Shown here: one piece after another, positions 48,952 to 58,834 of the stretch
Layout: each line of letters starts with the position of its first letter
Position numbering within the stretch: the first letter of the stretch is position 1
NCBI GenBank assembly: GCA_947455195.1
Contig: CANGMI010000009.1
Span: forward strand, 99,601-163,600
DNA length: 64,000 nt
Source of the DNA: Pseudomonadota bacterium
Lineage (GTDB): Bacteria > Pseudomonadota > Gammaproteobacteria > Burkholderiales > SG8-39
Reading direction: 5' to 3'
Notes under the pieces: model-generated
The model's database searches: none
Told to the model about the DNA's origin: nothing
Seen by the model: only the letters and a program-made list of their open reading frames with translations
Translations under genes and position numbers: made by a program

Positions 48952-50696
48952 GCGGCACCCCGGGCGATGCCACGTGACAGCCGTTCGATGATTTCATCAC
49001 GCGGACCCTGTGCGAGGCATCGCCCACCATCGAGAACGACAATGGTATCGACCAGCTCCAGCAACTGCGGACGGTGTGTGGCAAGAAGTACCGTCCGGCC
49101 AGCAAGCCAGGTCTTCAGTTCAGCCACGACCCGCGTCTCGGTCGCCTGGTCCATGTGGGCTGTAGGCTCATCGAGAAAGACCACGCGCGGATCACGCAGC
49201 ATCATGCGGGCAACGGAAAGCAACTGACGCTGACCACCCGACAGGCCGCCGCCGGCCTCGCTCAAGGGGCGATCGAGCCCGCGCGGATGGTCACGTACGA
49301 GATCGATGAGCCCGAGCCGATCGAGGACGGCAAGCACCGGCGCATCACCCGAGACGGTATTGGCGAGCACGAGGTTGTCACGCAAGCTACCCATGAAGAG
49401 CTGAGGCTCCTGTCCGACATAGCCGATATGGCTGCGCCACCAGTCAGGGGCCATCTGACGCTGATCGATGCCATCGACGAGGACGCGGCCCGATTGCGGA
49501 TGGTGCAAGCCGGCCGCGAGTCGCAGAAAGGTCGACTTGCCGCTGCCGATGCGCCCGAGAAGCGCTACCCGTGCGCCGGCACCGATCGATAGCGAGACCG
49601 ACCGAATGACCGGTTGCAGATGCTCCCCCGGATAGGCAAACACGATTTCCTCGCACTGCAATGCACCCTCGATGCGCTCGGGTTGCAGCAAGGACCGATC
49701 GGTATCGCGATCGCGCGGGCGCTTCATGAGGGCATCGAGCGTCTCGAGCGCCGTTACCGCCTGCTGGAAACGGGCCGCAAGTCCCATCACGCTCGCCAGC
49801 GGGGCAATGGCGCGTCCCGCGAGAATCACAGACGCGATGAGTCCACCCAGCGTGAGGCCCCCCGCATGAATGAGGTAGACGCCCATCACCACCATCACCA
49901 CGGTCACCAGTTGCTGCAGGCTGGTCGTGAAGCCGGTCATGAAGTTGCTGAGCGAGCGAATGCGCTTGTACGAATCGGCGCCCAGTTCATTGGCGTTTTC
50001 CCAGCGCCGCAGCAGATACGCCTCGGCATTGAGAGCCTTGACCACTTCAAGATTGAGAACGGCCTCGACCAGCACACTGTGCCGATCGCCGGTCTCCTTC
50101 ATGTTGTCGCGCATGGCCCGGGCGAGCGGGCGCTGGCCCAGGAGAGCGATGATCAGGACGAGCGGCACGGCCGCTGCCGGGACCCATACGAGATGCCCGC
50201 CCACGATGCCGATGAGCAGCAGAAAGAACAGGATGAAGGGCAGATCGGTGAGGAGCACCACCGAGGCCGAGGAGAAGAACTCGCGCAACGATTCGAAGTC
50301 GCGCATCGAACTGGAGAAGATGCCGATCGACTGGGGTCGGCTCTCGAGCCGAATCGACAGTATCTCGCGCAGCAGCGTGGCATTGATGGCAAGGTCGGCG
50401 CGCTTTCCACCCAGATCAATGAGGCGGGCCTTCAGCCAGCGCATGCCGGATTCGAGCAGGATGGCCACAGTCGTTCCGATGGCCAGTGTCCAGAGCGAGG
50501 TGTAGGCCTGCGTGGGCACGACCCGGTCGTAGACGTTCATCGTGAAGAAGACGCTCGCCAGGGTGAGCAGGTTGGCCACGACAGTGGCTACCATCGACTC
50601 GATGTAGAACTGACGAAAGCGCCACAAGGTGCCCCAGAACCAGCCAAAGGCAGCCCCTTTGAGAGGGACCAGTGTTGCGTCGCTGCGGGTTCTCAT
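48948..50696 (-). CDS. Type I secretion ABC transporter (LapB/LssB-like)
   Basis: WFWGTL, FTMNVYDRVVP, DLPF, GRIGSGKST, LSGGQRQ, LDEPT. Confidence 0.93.
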   Translation of the reverse strand: MRTRSDATLVPLKGAAFGWFWGTLWRFRQFYIESMVATVVANLLTLASVFFTMNVYDRVVPTQAYTSLWTLAIGTTVAILLESGMRWLKARLIDLGGKRADLAINATLLREILSIRLESRPQSIGIFSSSMRDFESLREFFSSASVVLLTDLPFILFFLLLIGIVGGHLVWVPAAAVPLVLIIALLGQRPLARAMRDNMKETGDRHSVLVEAVLNLEVVKALNAEAYLLRRWENANELGADSYKRIRSLSNFMTGFTTSLQQLVTVVMVVMGVYLIHAGGLTLGGLIASVILAGRAIAPLASVMGLAARFQQAVTALETLDALMKRPRDRDTDRSLLQPERIEGALQCEEIVFAYPGEHLQPVIRSVSLSIGAGARVALLGRIGSGKSTFLRLAAGLHHPQSGRVLVDGIDQRQMAPDWWRSHIGYVGQEPQLFMGSLRDNLVLANTVSGDAPVLAVLDRLGLIDLVRDHPRGLDRPLSEAGGGLSGGQRQLLSVARMMLRDPRVVFLDEPTAHMDQATETRVVAELKTWLAGRTVLLATHRPQLLELVDTIVVLDGGRCLAQGPRDEIIERLSRGIARGAA

Positions 50697-51946
50697 GAGC
50701 CCGCCACGCCCACACCGGTCACAGGCTGATGACGCCGTGCCAGTTCACCCATCGCCGCACTCAGGCGGTAGCGTGCAACGCGACGATCAAATCGGGCACC
50801 CAGCGCAGCCACCCGGTATCCAAAGGTCTCGTTCTGGATATTGAGCAGATCGAGCAAGGATCGGCGAGCGAGACGAAACTGCTCCTGATAGCCTTGGGCA
50901 AGACGTACGCCTGTCGCGCGCTGCTCATCGCTCAAGCGGGCACGACGCTCGGCCGCCTGCCATTCGGCCCAGGCGGAGGCCACGCGCTCGCGCACCACCA
51001 GACGGCCCTCATCGAGCGCCAACCTCGAGACACGCTCCTGCGCCCGCGCGGCATTGACGCCAGCCGTGATGGCGCCGCCATCAAACATCGCCAGCGTCAC
51101 ATTGACCTGCGAGACCGTATCGAGCATCTGGGTGTACGGGTTGAGCGCCCGCGAGACCGACAGATCGACACGGGGGTGATGCTGGGCGGCGGCCACAATC
51201 ACCGCGGCGCTGGCAGCACGCGACTGGGCGGCGAGTTGGCCCAGTTGCGGATGCTCGTCGTTCACGAGGGCAAGCGCCTCCTCCAGACTGGCTGGGGCTG
51301 CACCCGGCTCGGCATCGAGACCGACCGGCTCGAGGGGCAAGGCAAGTCCGGCATAGCGCGCCAGTCGCTCGGCGGTCTGTGCACGCTCGATCGTGCGCTG
51401 CGTGAGCGCAAGCCGCGCGGCATCAACGCGCACCTGGGCCTGCAGTTGGTCGACACCACGACCCGGATCAACCGCAACGATGCGAATCACATCGTCAAGA
51501 ATGCGCTCATGCACCGCGACATTGGCCTGGGCGAGCGCAACCTGTTCAATGGCCCGAGCCCAAGCCAGATAGGCCTCGGCCGCCTGCAGGGCCACTTCAT
51601 CAAAGGTCGTGTCCGCGCGCTGCTCGGCCGCCGTGACCAGGGCCTGCGCCCGATCGATGCCGGCCTCGATGCTGCCACCCGAGTAGAGGTTGTAGGTCGC
51701 CTGGGGCCCTGTGACCCACGGGCGTGGCATGCGCTCCTGGCTCGTACCCGCCGCAGACAGACCGATGACGGGCCAGCGCGCAGCACGGGCGCGCTCGAGG
51801 TCAGCGCCGGCGCTCTCGGCGTTGGCGCGGGCCGCCGCCGCCGCCGGGTAGGCGGCTACGGCCCTGCGGATGACGTCCTCAAGGCTCTGCGCATGAACGG
51901 CGGTCATCGACCCCGCGCAGAGGAGAAGGAGCGCGACCCGCTTCAG
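50693..51946 (-). CDS. Type I secretion outer membrane protein (TolC/LapE-like)
   Basis: OEP repeats, YQEQFRLARRSLLDLLN; a complete signal peptide appears only if translation starts at CTG 51946 (first ATG is 51907). Confidence 0.9.
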   Translation of the reverse strand: MKRVALLLLCAGSMTAVHAQSLEDVIRRAVAAYPAAAAARANAESAGADLERARAARWPVIGLSAAGTSQERMPRPWVTGPQATYNLYSGGSIEAGIDRAQALVTAAEQRADTTFDEVALQAAEAYLAWARAIEQVALAQANVAVHERILDDVIRIVAVDPGRGVDQLQAQVRVDAARLALTQRTIERAQTAERLARYAGLALPLEPVGLDAEPGAAPASLEEALALVNDEHPQLGQLAAQSRAASAAVIVAAAQHHPRVDLSVSRALNPYTQMLDTVSQVNVTLAMFDGGAITAGVNAARAQERVSRLALDEGRLVVRERVASAWAEWQAAERRARLSDEQRATGVRLAQGYQEQFRLARRSLLDLLNIQNETFGYRVAALGARFDRRVARYRLSAAMGELARRHQPVTGVGVAGS

Positions 51947-54900
51947 GATGAGGCCACCGTCAGATGGTTGTCGATCAGCAACTGCACTGCCTGCGTGTTG
52001 CTGTTGTAGATCGTGTAGGTGTGACTGCCATAGGCGACCGTACCCGCCGTGGTCCAGTTGGCCAGATCGGTGAGCGTGACCTTGTCGCTGGCATCGCCAT
52101 CGACGAGGACCTGCGCCTTGCTCACGCTGGCACCCAGGCCTGCACCCGTCACTGTCGTGGTGTTGCCCGCATTCCAGACGTTGGTCGAGGACTGCAGAAC
52201 GTCCGACACATCGAGCTTCAGGGTGTTGGCACCCGTGCCCGTCAGATCGACCCTCTCGACCTGCTTGAGCGTCGAAAGACCGCTGGGCGTGAGGTCGAGC
52301 GTCATGCCGGTGCCAGTCATCACGAGCGCATCCAGACCCGCACCGCCGATCACCGTGCCGGGCGACACGCCCTGCTCCATGCGAATGACATCGTTCCCGT
52401 CGCCCCCGTTGATCGACGGGGTGGCCTGACCAAACTGACTGGCCGCCTGAGCCAGGGACATCACGTTGTCACCAACGAGCGTCGGCGCGATGTAGAGCTT
52501 GTCGATGTAGGCGTCGCGGCCTCCATCGGGATTGCCGTTGTAGATGCTCGAGGTCTCCGACTGCCCACCGCAGTACCAGGCCAGCGCCAGGTAGTAATCG
52601 CTGGCTGTCACCCCAGTGCTCGTGAAGCTCACCTGATAGATCGCTGGCGTGTACTGGTTTGCACCACTCAGAAGGGTGTAGGTGGCGGGCGCGGCGGCAC
52701 CCGCCGCGCCGGTCGTTGCGTACCAGCCGGTGAGATCCTGGACGATGGTGGTGCCCTCGACCAGTTGCCACTCGAAGTAGCCCGCCCAGACGTTGTTGGT
52801 CAGGTTTCCGGCGGCGTTCTTGTCTCCACCCCAGTAGCCATCAAAGGAGAGATCGTAGGTCACGCCCTGTTGCAGCGAGAGATTGGCAGGGCCTTTGGCC
52901 GCGTAGCCGGCAACACCACCGATCGAGAGACTACCCGCGGCATTGCTCCACGCCCGGAGCATGCCATCAGGATTGGCAGCCGGATCAAACAGGCTGAGGC
53001 CTGCGTTGACGTTGTAGCCATTGGCCGCGACCAGGCCCGGCGCATTGGAGGAAAACGTCTGATCGCCGTAGGTCCAACCGGTCACGTAGGCCCCCGGGGT
53101 ACTGACCAGATTGCTCACCAGGGTGTAATTCACCAGGGCAACATCAGCGCCCTCTGCAGTCAGTCCACCGTTGCTCACGGTGAGGTCAACCGCAGGCAGA
53201 TCGAAACCGGCCGCAAGACGCGCAACCCCAGCGGCCGTCAGGAGCACATTGCCCGCGTCGGCGCCTGTGCCGAGCGTGTAGTAGCCCTCGCTGTTGGTGA
53301 TGCCGGTGAAGTCCACCGTAACCGGCAATCCGGCGGGGTCCGTCGTGCTGAACGTGGCGACCATGGTGCCGACCGCAGCCGCGACCTGCGTGATGGTCTG
53401 CCCGACCACCGAAATCGTCGGATGGTCCACGGTAAACGGCGTGCCGTTGGCCGTGGTGCTGTTGCCCGCCGCGTCAGTCGCCTTGATGCTCGGGGTGTAG
53501 GTGGCATCGGGCAGCGCATCGGTCGCGGGGATCGTGACCGTCCAGGCACCGGTGGTGGGGTCAGCGGTGGTGGTGTAGGTCTTGCCATGTACCGTCACAT
53601 CAACCGTGGCGCCGGGCTCGGCCGTGCCGCTCAGCTGCGGATGCGTATTGGACGTGATGTTGTCCGTGCTGCTGGTGCCGGTGTCGTTCGGCGTGTCGTG
53701 CGTCAGGTGACCCGTGGGGGACGCGGGATCAACCGTATCGACCACAAACTGCGTCGTGGCATTCGGACCGACATGGCCAGCGATATCAGTCACGCGGGCT
53801 GATACGCCGTAACTGCCATCAACCGCAAGAAACGCCGTTGGCAGAACAAAGGGCACGGAGCCGGCAGCGATATCAGCGACGGTCAGCACCCGGATGATCG
53901 TGATCGAATCCCCGCTCGGTGATGTCGCCACGAGCGTCAACGTGTCGCCAGCCATGGCGCCGGTCGGCGTGATGCCCACATCAACCGGCGTGCCGCCGGC
54001 CGAAAGCTTTTCGGCAGCGCTGACACCACCGGGGGCCTCTGCCATGAAGAGCGTAGGGGCGCCGGGGGCGGTCAGATCGACCGACAAGGTAAACGGCGCC
54101 GAAGTCGTCAGCGCATGGCTACCTGACTGCACCTTGGCCGTATACACATAGGTGCCCTCGGCGAGGGCGCTGGCCTCGCTGATCGACCATGCTGTTCCAT
54201 TGACGCTCGCCTGCCCCACCAGCGCCGTGGTGGTATCCGGGTTGGTGCGGTAGATGTCGAGTACTTCGCCTGCCGCAAGGGGAGCACTGAGCACGCCCTG
54301 GGGAGAGGGGGTCGTGTCATCCGTACGGCCGGCCGAGAACACGAGCCCGTGCCGGGCCCCGACATCGTCGAGCACGCTCGTGATGACTGGCGCCTGCACG
54401 TTGACAACAGCCTCAACCGAACCGGAGCCCGGATTGCCCGCATGATCAACGACCGTTGCAGTCACCACCGCACCGTCGGCCAATGGCGCGAGCGGCGTGA
54501 CACTCCAGTGGCCGAGTACATCGGTCGTGGTGGTACCGATGGTCTGCCCCCCCGCCGCAAGCACGACGGTGAGGCCGGGTGCGGCAGTGCCAGTAACCGT
54601 GTTGCCATTGGTGGCATCGATGGTGCCGGGCGCAGGCAGCGTGGTCTGGAGAATGAATGCACTCGTGATCGCAGCACTCGACTGGGCGCCGTGAGTCCAC
54701 TGCGTGCTGGTCGCCCAATTGCCATCGGGCGTCAGATCGGACGTCGCGATCTTCTGGACAATGCTGCCCGCCGCGATATCTGACGCGGACAAGGTTGTCG
54801 TCAGCGTCAGCGTTGCGCCACCGGGTCTCGTGACCACTGTCGTGACGACGTCATTGGCCGAGGCGCCCGAGGCCAGGGAAACGGTAATCGGGACACCCCC

Positions 54901-56775
54901 ATCGGAGGCCTTCTCGGCTGCGTTGATGAAGCCGTCGAGCGCCTCCGGAACCGATACGATCATGTGCCCCGGATCGACGGAGCTCTGGGTGGATGCCGAC
55001 GGTTCGCCGCGCGCATTGCTGGCCATCGCGATGATCTGCGCCCCACCCGTCAACGGCACGGGCAGTGTGGCCGTCCATGTGCCATCCGGGGCCACGATAA
55101 TGCCAGTTGCCAGAACGTGATTGGATATGTCGAGCAAGGTGACCGTGGAGCCCGGATCACCCACACCGGTGACCGACGCCGCAGCCGCCGCGGTCATCAA
55201 GGGAGCTGCCGGAGCGCGGGCAGTAACCTCCGCGCCCAGCGCATCGGTACCCGCGAGCGTCACTGGTTGCAACAGGTGCAACTGCGGCATATCCGAGGTG
55301 GCCGACCAGGCACCACTGGAATCGACAGCCACGACGCTTTTGCTGCCATCGGGAAACGTGATGGTCAGCTGAGAGCCCGGCAACGCCGTACCGGTCACCG
55401 TCAACAGACTGGCACCGTCGAGTGTCTGGGTGCCGACAACGATATCGCCCAGCAGTTGCCGGTTGAGCGGCGTGTCCTCAAGGAATGTCTGCTGCGCCCC
55501 CGCAGGTGCCGTCATCAGCGCATCGAGTGCCTGACTACGGCCCTGATCGAGCAGCGCCGTACCGGTGACTGAAAGCGTCGCACCCGACAGCGTCTGCTGG
55601 AACTGCTGAAGAGACAGGCCGACATTGCCACCGTTCAGGCTGTCGATACCCGAGAGCTTGGCAAGCACAAGGCCATACTTTTCACTATCGCTCAGACCGT
55701 TGGCCGCCGAGAAGGCTGCCGAGTTGGTCGTGACCACGTTGCCGGCAAGATCGAGGCCTGCAAGGCCAAAGGCAGTCGCGACATTGGCCGCTGCGGCACT
55801 TGCAGCAGTCGGGTCAGCAGGAGCAGCCATGCCGCTCAGACCGACCTGCCGCACCGCAAGTTCGGTCAGAGGCGTGATGTTGATGGCCAGCTCGGCATCG
55901 AGGGCATTCACGACGAAGTGACTGTCGCCCTCCTTCGCGTTACCGACAGCACGCAGGTCCGTGCCCAGACTGCGGTCAGTCGCACTGACTTCGTCGAGGT
56001 AATTGCCGGCAGCGCCATTGACATCCATGACCCGCAGAAGCACCGTCCCGCGGTACGCGCCCTGGCGAGGGGCCACGATGCTGTAGGTGCCATCGGCATT
56101 GACGGTGGTCGATCCGAGCAGGAAACCCGTTTGATCATAGGCCTCAAGCACAAGGCCGCCATGTACCGGACCCGCGAACACCGACCCGTGGATGACAAGG
56201 TTGCCCACGGCGGCAGCCGGCGCTGTCCCTGGAGTCAGGAGGCCGGTGGCCCATGCGCCACCCGCGGCGGCCACGCCGGCGCGCATCAGCGTGAACGGCT
56301 CTTCGAGCGGCAGCACCGGGATGGCACACAGTGCGGTCCCGTCATCTTCAGACCAGATCAGACGCTGGTCAACCTCGAGCGTACGGATCTCGGGTGTCTG
56401 TGGCGTCACACGCGGATCGGTAGCGCAGGTGTCATCCAGCACGTAGACCGGTGAGGCCGGTATGGCCTGCCCGCCTTGCTGGCGCGTGACATCGCCCTCG
56501 CCGCCCGCGAGGGCGTAGAAGCCTTGCAGGGAGAGTACGGTTGCACCCTCAACCTCGGCTTGCAGCGCCGTACCGTCGCGCTTCAAGCTGAGGTGCGCTG
56601 GCTGGCCTTGAGAACGCTCGTCGATCAGGCGGTAAAGGGCACCCGGCACCACCTGCACCGCAAAGGGCTGGCCTGCCTGTACTTCACCCAGGCGGAGTAC
56701 CTGCTCGATCGCGTCATTCGGGCGTCGAATACCGAGGCGATAGCGCTTCGCCGTGTTGCCTTGCGTTTCGGCCAT
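51943..56775 (-). CDS. Large T1SS-secreted adhesin/surface protein with bacterial Ig-like repeats
   Basis: Thr/Ala/Gly/Val-rich; repeated TGTAxPG Big domains; RTX-like GGDGND and GGAGLD; C-terminal VERVDLTGTGANTLKL...LLID secretion region; no Sec signal; first gene of the T1SS operon. Confidence 0.9.
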   Translation of the reverse strand: MAETQGNTAKRYRLGIRRPNDAIEQVLRLGEVQAGQPFAVQVVPGALYRLIDERSQGQPAHLSLKRDGTALQAEVEGATVLSLQGFYALAGGEGDVTRQQGGQAIPASPVYVLDDTCATDPRVTPQTPEIRTLEVDQRLIWSEDDGTALCAIPVLPLEEPFTLMRAGVAAAGGAWATGLLTPGTAPAAAVGNLVIHGSVFAGPVHGGLVLEAYDQTGFLLGSTTVNADGTYSIVAPRQGAYRGTVLLRVMDVNGAAGNYLDEVSATDRSLGTDLRAVGNAKEGDSHFVVNALDAELAINITPLTELAVRQVGLSGMAAPADPTAASAAAANVATAFGLAGLDLAGNVVTTNSAAFSAANGLSDSEKYGLVLAKLSGIDSLNGGNVGLSLQQFQQTLSGATLSVTGTALLDQGRSQALDALMTAPAGAQQTFLEDTPLNRQLLGDIVVGTQTLDGASLLTVTGTALPGSQLTITFPDGSKSVVAVDSSGAWSATSDMPQLHLLQPVTLAGTDALGAEVTARAPAAPLMTAAAAASVTGVGDPGSTVTLLDISNHVLATGIIVAPDGTWTATLPVPLTGGAQIIAMASNARGEPSASTQSSVDPGHMIVSVPEALDGFINAAEKASDGGVPITVSLASGASANDVVTTVVTRPGGATLTLTTTLSASDIAAGSIVQKIATSDLTPDGNWATSTQWTHGAQSSAAITSAFILQTTLPAPGTIDATNGNTVTGTAAPGLTVVLAAGGQTIGTTTTDVLGHWSVTPLAPLADGAVVTATVVDHAGNPGSGSVEAVVNVQAPVITSVLDDVGARHGLVFSAGRTDDTTPSPQGVLSAPLAAGEVLDIYRTNPDTTTALVGQASVNGTAWSISEASALAEGTYVYTAKVQSGSHALTTSAPFTLSVDLTAPGAPTLFMAEAPGGVSAAEKLSAGGTPVDVGITPTGAMAGDTLTLVATSPSGDSITIIRVLTVADIAAGSVPFVLPTAFLAVDGSYGVSARVTDIAGHVGPNATTQFVVDTVDPASPTGHLTHDTPNDTGTSSTDNITSNTHPQLSGTAEPGATVDVTVHGKTYTTTADPTTGAWTVTIPATDALPDATYTPSIKATDAAGNSTTANGTPFTVDHPTISVVGQTITQVAAAVGTMVATFSTTDPAGLPVTVDFTGITNSEGYYTLGTGADAGNVLLTAAGVARLAAGFDLPAVDLTVSNGGLTAEGADVALVNYTLVSNLVSTPGAYVTGWTYGDQTFSSNAPGLVAANGYNVNAGLSLFDPAANPDGMLRAWSNAAGSLSIGGVAGYAAKGPANLSLQQGVTYDLSFDGYWGGDKNAAGNLTNNVWAGYFEWQLVEGTTIVQDLTGWYATTGAAGAAAPATYTLLSGANQYTPAIYQVSFTSTGVTASDYYLALAWYCGGQSETSSIYNGNPDGGRDAYIDKLYIAPTLVGDNVMSLAQAASQFGQATPSINGGDGNDVIRMEQGVSPGTVIGGAGLDALVMTGTGMTLDLTPSGLSTLKQVERVDLTGTGANTLKLDVSDVLQSSTNVWNAGNTTTVTGAGLGASVSKAQVLVDGDASDKVTLTDLANWTTAGTVAYGSHTYTIYNSNTQAVQLLIDNHLTVASS

Positions 56776-56933
56776 GGAAAACTGACCGTGCGGCTTGCGC
56801 CAGACGGCATCACAGTAATAGGTGGCCCATTGTCACAGAATCTGTTGACAAATGTTAATGAAAGCGCCTTGCCCGGGCGACCTCCCTTGTCGGTACGTCG
56901 GGCGTACCACGAGCCGGCTCGGGTTGCTCCGAC

Positions 56934-57893
56934 CTACTCGGCGCGCACCCCAGCCGCGTCGAGTACACGCCGCCAGCGTGCAGACTCGTCACGCAGCTGT
57001 GCCGCAAATTCGGCCGGCGACTGCCCGCCCGCATCCATGCCCAGCGCTGCGTAGCGGCGCTGAACCGCGGGCTCGTCCAGCACCGCATGAACGGCGCTCG
57101 CCAGGCGTTCGACGATACGGCCATCCGTGCCGCGGGGTGCCGCCAACCCCCACCAGTTGCCCGTCAGCAGACCCGGCAGACCAGCTTCAGCAGCAGTAGG
57201 CACCTCGGGCAAGGCGCTCAGTCGCCTGCGCGCCGCAACCGCCAGCGCGCGCAGCTTGCCAGAGGCAATCTGGCCTTCCACAGAACTCAGTGTCGTCACG
57301 TACAGTTGAACATCGCCCGAGAGCAGGGCCAGAACGGCGGCCGGCGACCCCTTGAAGGGCACATGCACCAGGTCAACGCCTGCCAGTTGAGCGAACAATT
57401 CGGCCGCCAGGTGGGGCGGCGTGCCGGCACCCGGACTACCGAAATTGAGCCGTCCGGGATGCTGCCTCGCGTAGCTCTGCAGTTCACGCAACGTGGCATG
57501 AGGTGCCTGTGCCCCCACGATCACGAGCGAAGGCGCATCGGACACGATCGTGATCGGCACCAGAGCCGTCAGCGGATCGAAATCCATTGCCTTGTAGACA
57601 AACTGATTGACAACGAAATTGTTGGTGGCGCCCAGGAGCAGCGTGTACCCGTCAGGGGCTGCCCGAACGACATCCTGTGCCCCGATGTTGCCGCTGGCAC
57701 CAGCCTTGTTGTCAATCACGAAGCGCTGACCGATCCGTGCCTCGAGTGCGCCGGCAATGACCCGAAACGAGATGTCGCCCGTATTGCCTGCCGCGTAGGG
57801 AATCACGAGGCGTATCGGTCGTTGCGGCCAATCCTGCGCCAGAGCAAGGCCGTGCAAACCCAGCAGCACGCCGAGGAGGATGGAACGCACCAC
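56934..57893 (-). CDS. Bug/TctC substrate-binding protein
   Basis: Signal peptide, WPQRPIRLVIPY, DNKAGASG, PDGYT, HVPFKG. Confidence 0.93.
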   Translation of the reverse strand: MVRSILLGVLLGLHGLALAQDWPQRPIRLVIPYAAGNTGDISFRVIAGALEARIGQRFVIDNKAGASGNIGAQDVVRAAPDGYTLLLGATNNFVVNQFVYKAMDFDPLTALVPITIVSDAPSLVIVGAQAPHATLRELQSYARQHPGRLNFGSPGAGTPPHLAAELFAQLAGVDLVHVPFKGSPAAVLALLSGDVQLYVTTLSSVEGQIASGKLRALAVAARRRLSALPEVPTAAEAGLPGLLTGNWWGLAAPRGTDGRIVERLASAVHAVLDEPAVQRRYAALGMDAGGQSPAEFAAQLRDESARWRRVLDAAGVRAE

Positions 57894-57894
57894 C

Positions 57895-58812
57895 TCAGGC
57901 AGCCTCGAACATCAGAACCAGTCCGCAGGCAGCCTGCGAGGGAACGATGAGGCGACCCTCGCGCTCGGCGTGGGCGACGCCCCCTGCCGCGAAGCGCTCG
58001 CGCAGCACGCCCAAGGGGCGGTGAGTGCGCAGGCTCACCGCAGCGATGCGCGGTGGCGTTCCCGCACAGCATTCGCCCAGCACCACCGCGGCATCAGCGG
58101 TAGCCACGACCGACAGTCGTGAGGGTCCGTGAAGCGCGATCGAATGACGTACGCCGTCGCGACTGACCGGGCGTGCGGCATACCGCGCGTGGCGGGCGAT
58201 GCACTCGACCGGGTCATCGGCCACGATGAGGGTCTCGGCGATGCCGATCACACCATTGGGATGCCGGCAATAGCGCGCCTGATGGATGAATTCGGGTGTG
58301 AGATGACGCGCCACCTGCATCAGTCCCTCGGGTGCATCAGCAGCCCCGATCTGCACCCGCTCGAAGCGCGCGGTACGAACGCCCTCGGGCGTATCGACAT
58401 CGCGCTGGAGGGGAATCACGCCCGAAGTCGGGACGCCGCTCGCACGCAATCGACGATGGGTGGCTTCGGTGTCGTTGGTGGCATAACAGATGATATGCGC
58501 ACCCTCATGACGGGCGAGAAACCGGGTCTGCCGCGGGTCGGGGCGCGCGGCATCCGCGTGGGTGAGCACTTCGAGGTAATCGTTTTCGAACACGGCACAG
58601 CGATTGGCCGAGCCCAGAGGGGCAACCGACTCGCGCGGACTCAGTGCACCCTTGTGCGCCGAGATGGGCGTGAGCACGAAGCCCAGCGACTCGAACACCT
58701 GGGCGGCTGCAGCGATGTCATGAACGGCAACGCCGACATGATTGACCTCGGAAATATCGCCCGCCGCAAGGTCTGGAGCGCCATCACCCACCCCTCGAAT
58801 GCTGTCCGTCAT
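57895..58812 (-). CDS. VOC/glyoxalase-like family protein
   Basis: NHVGVAVHD, LGFVLTP, GSANR, YLEVL, HPNG. Confidence 0.85.
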   Translation of the reverse strand: MTDSIRGVGDGAPDLAAGDISEVNHVGVAVHDIAAAAQVFESLGFVLTPISAHKGALSPRESVAPLGSANRCAVFENDYLEVLTHADAARPDPRQTRFLARHEGAHIICYATNDTEATHRRLRASGVPTSGVIPLQRDVDTPEGVRTARFERVQIGAADAPEGLMQVARHLTPEFIHQARYCRHPNGVIGIAETLIVADDPVECIARHARYAARPVSRDGVRHSIALHGPSRLSVVATADAAVVLGECCAGTPPRIAAVSLRTHRPLGVLRERFAAGGVAHAEREGRLIVPSQAACGLVLMFEAA

Positions 58813-58834
58813 GTCGACGCCGCTCGCAGGAGAA

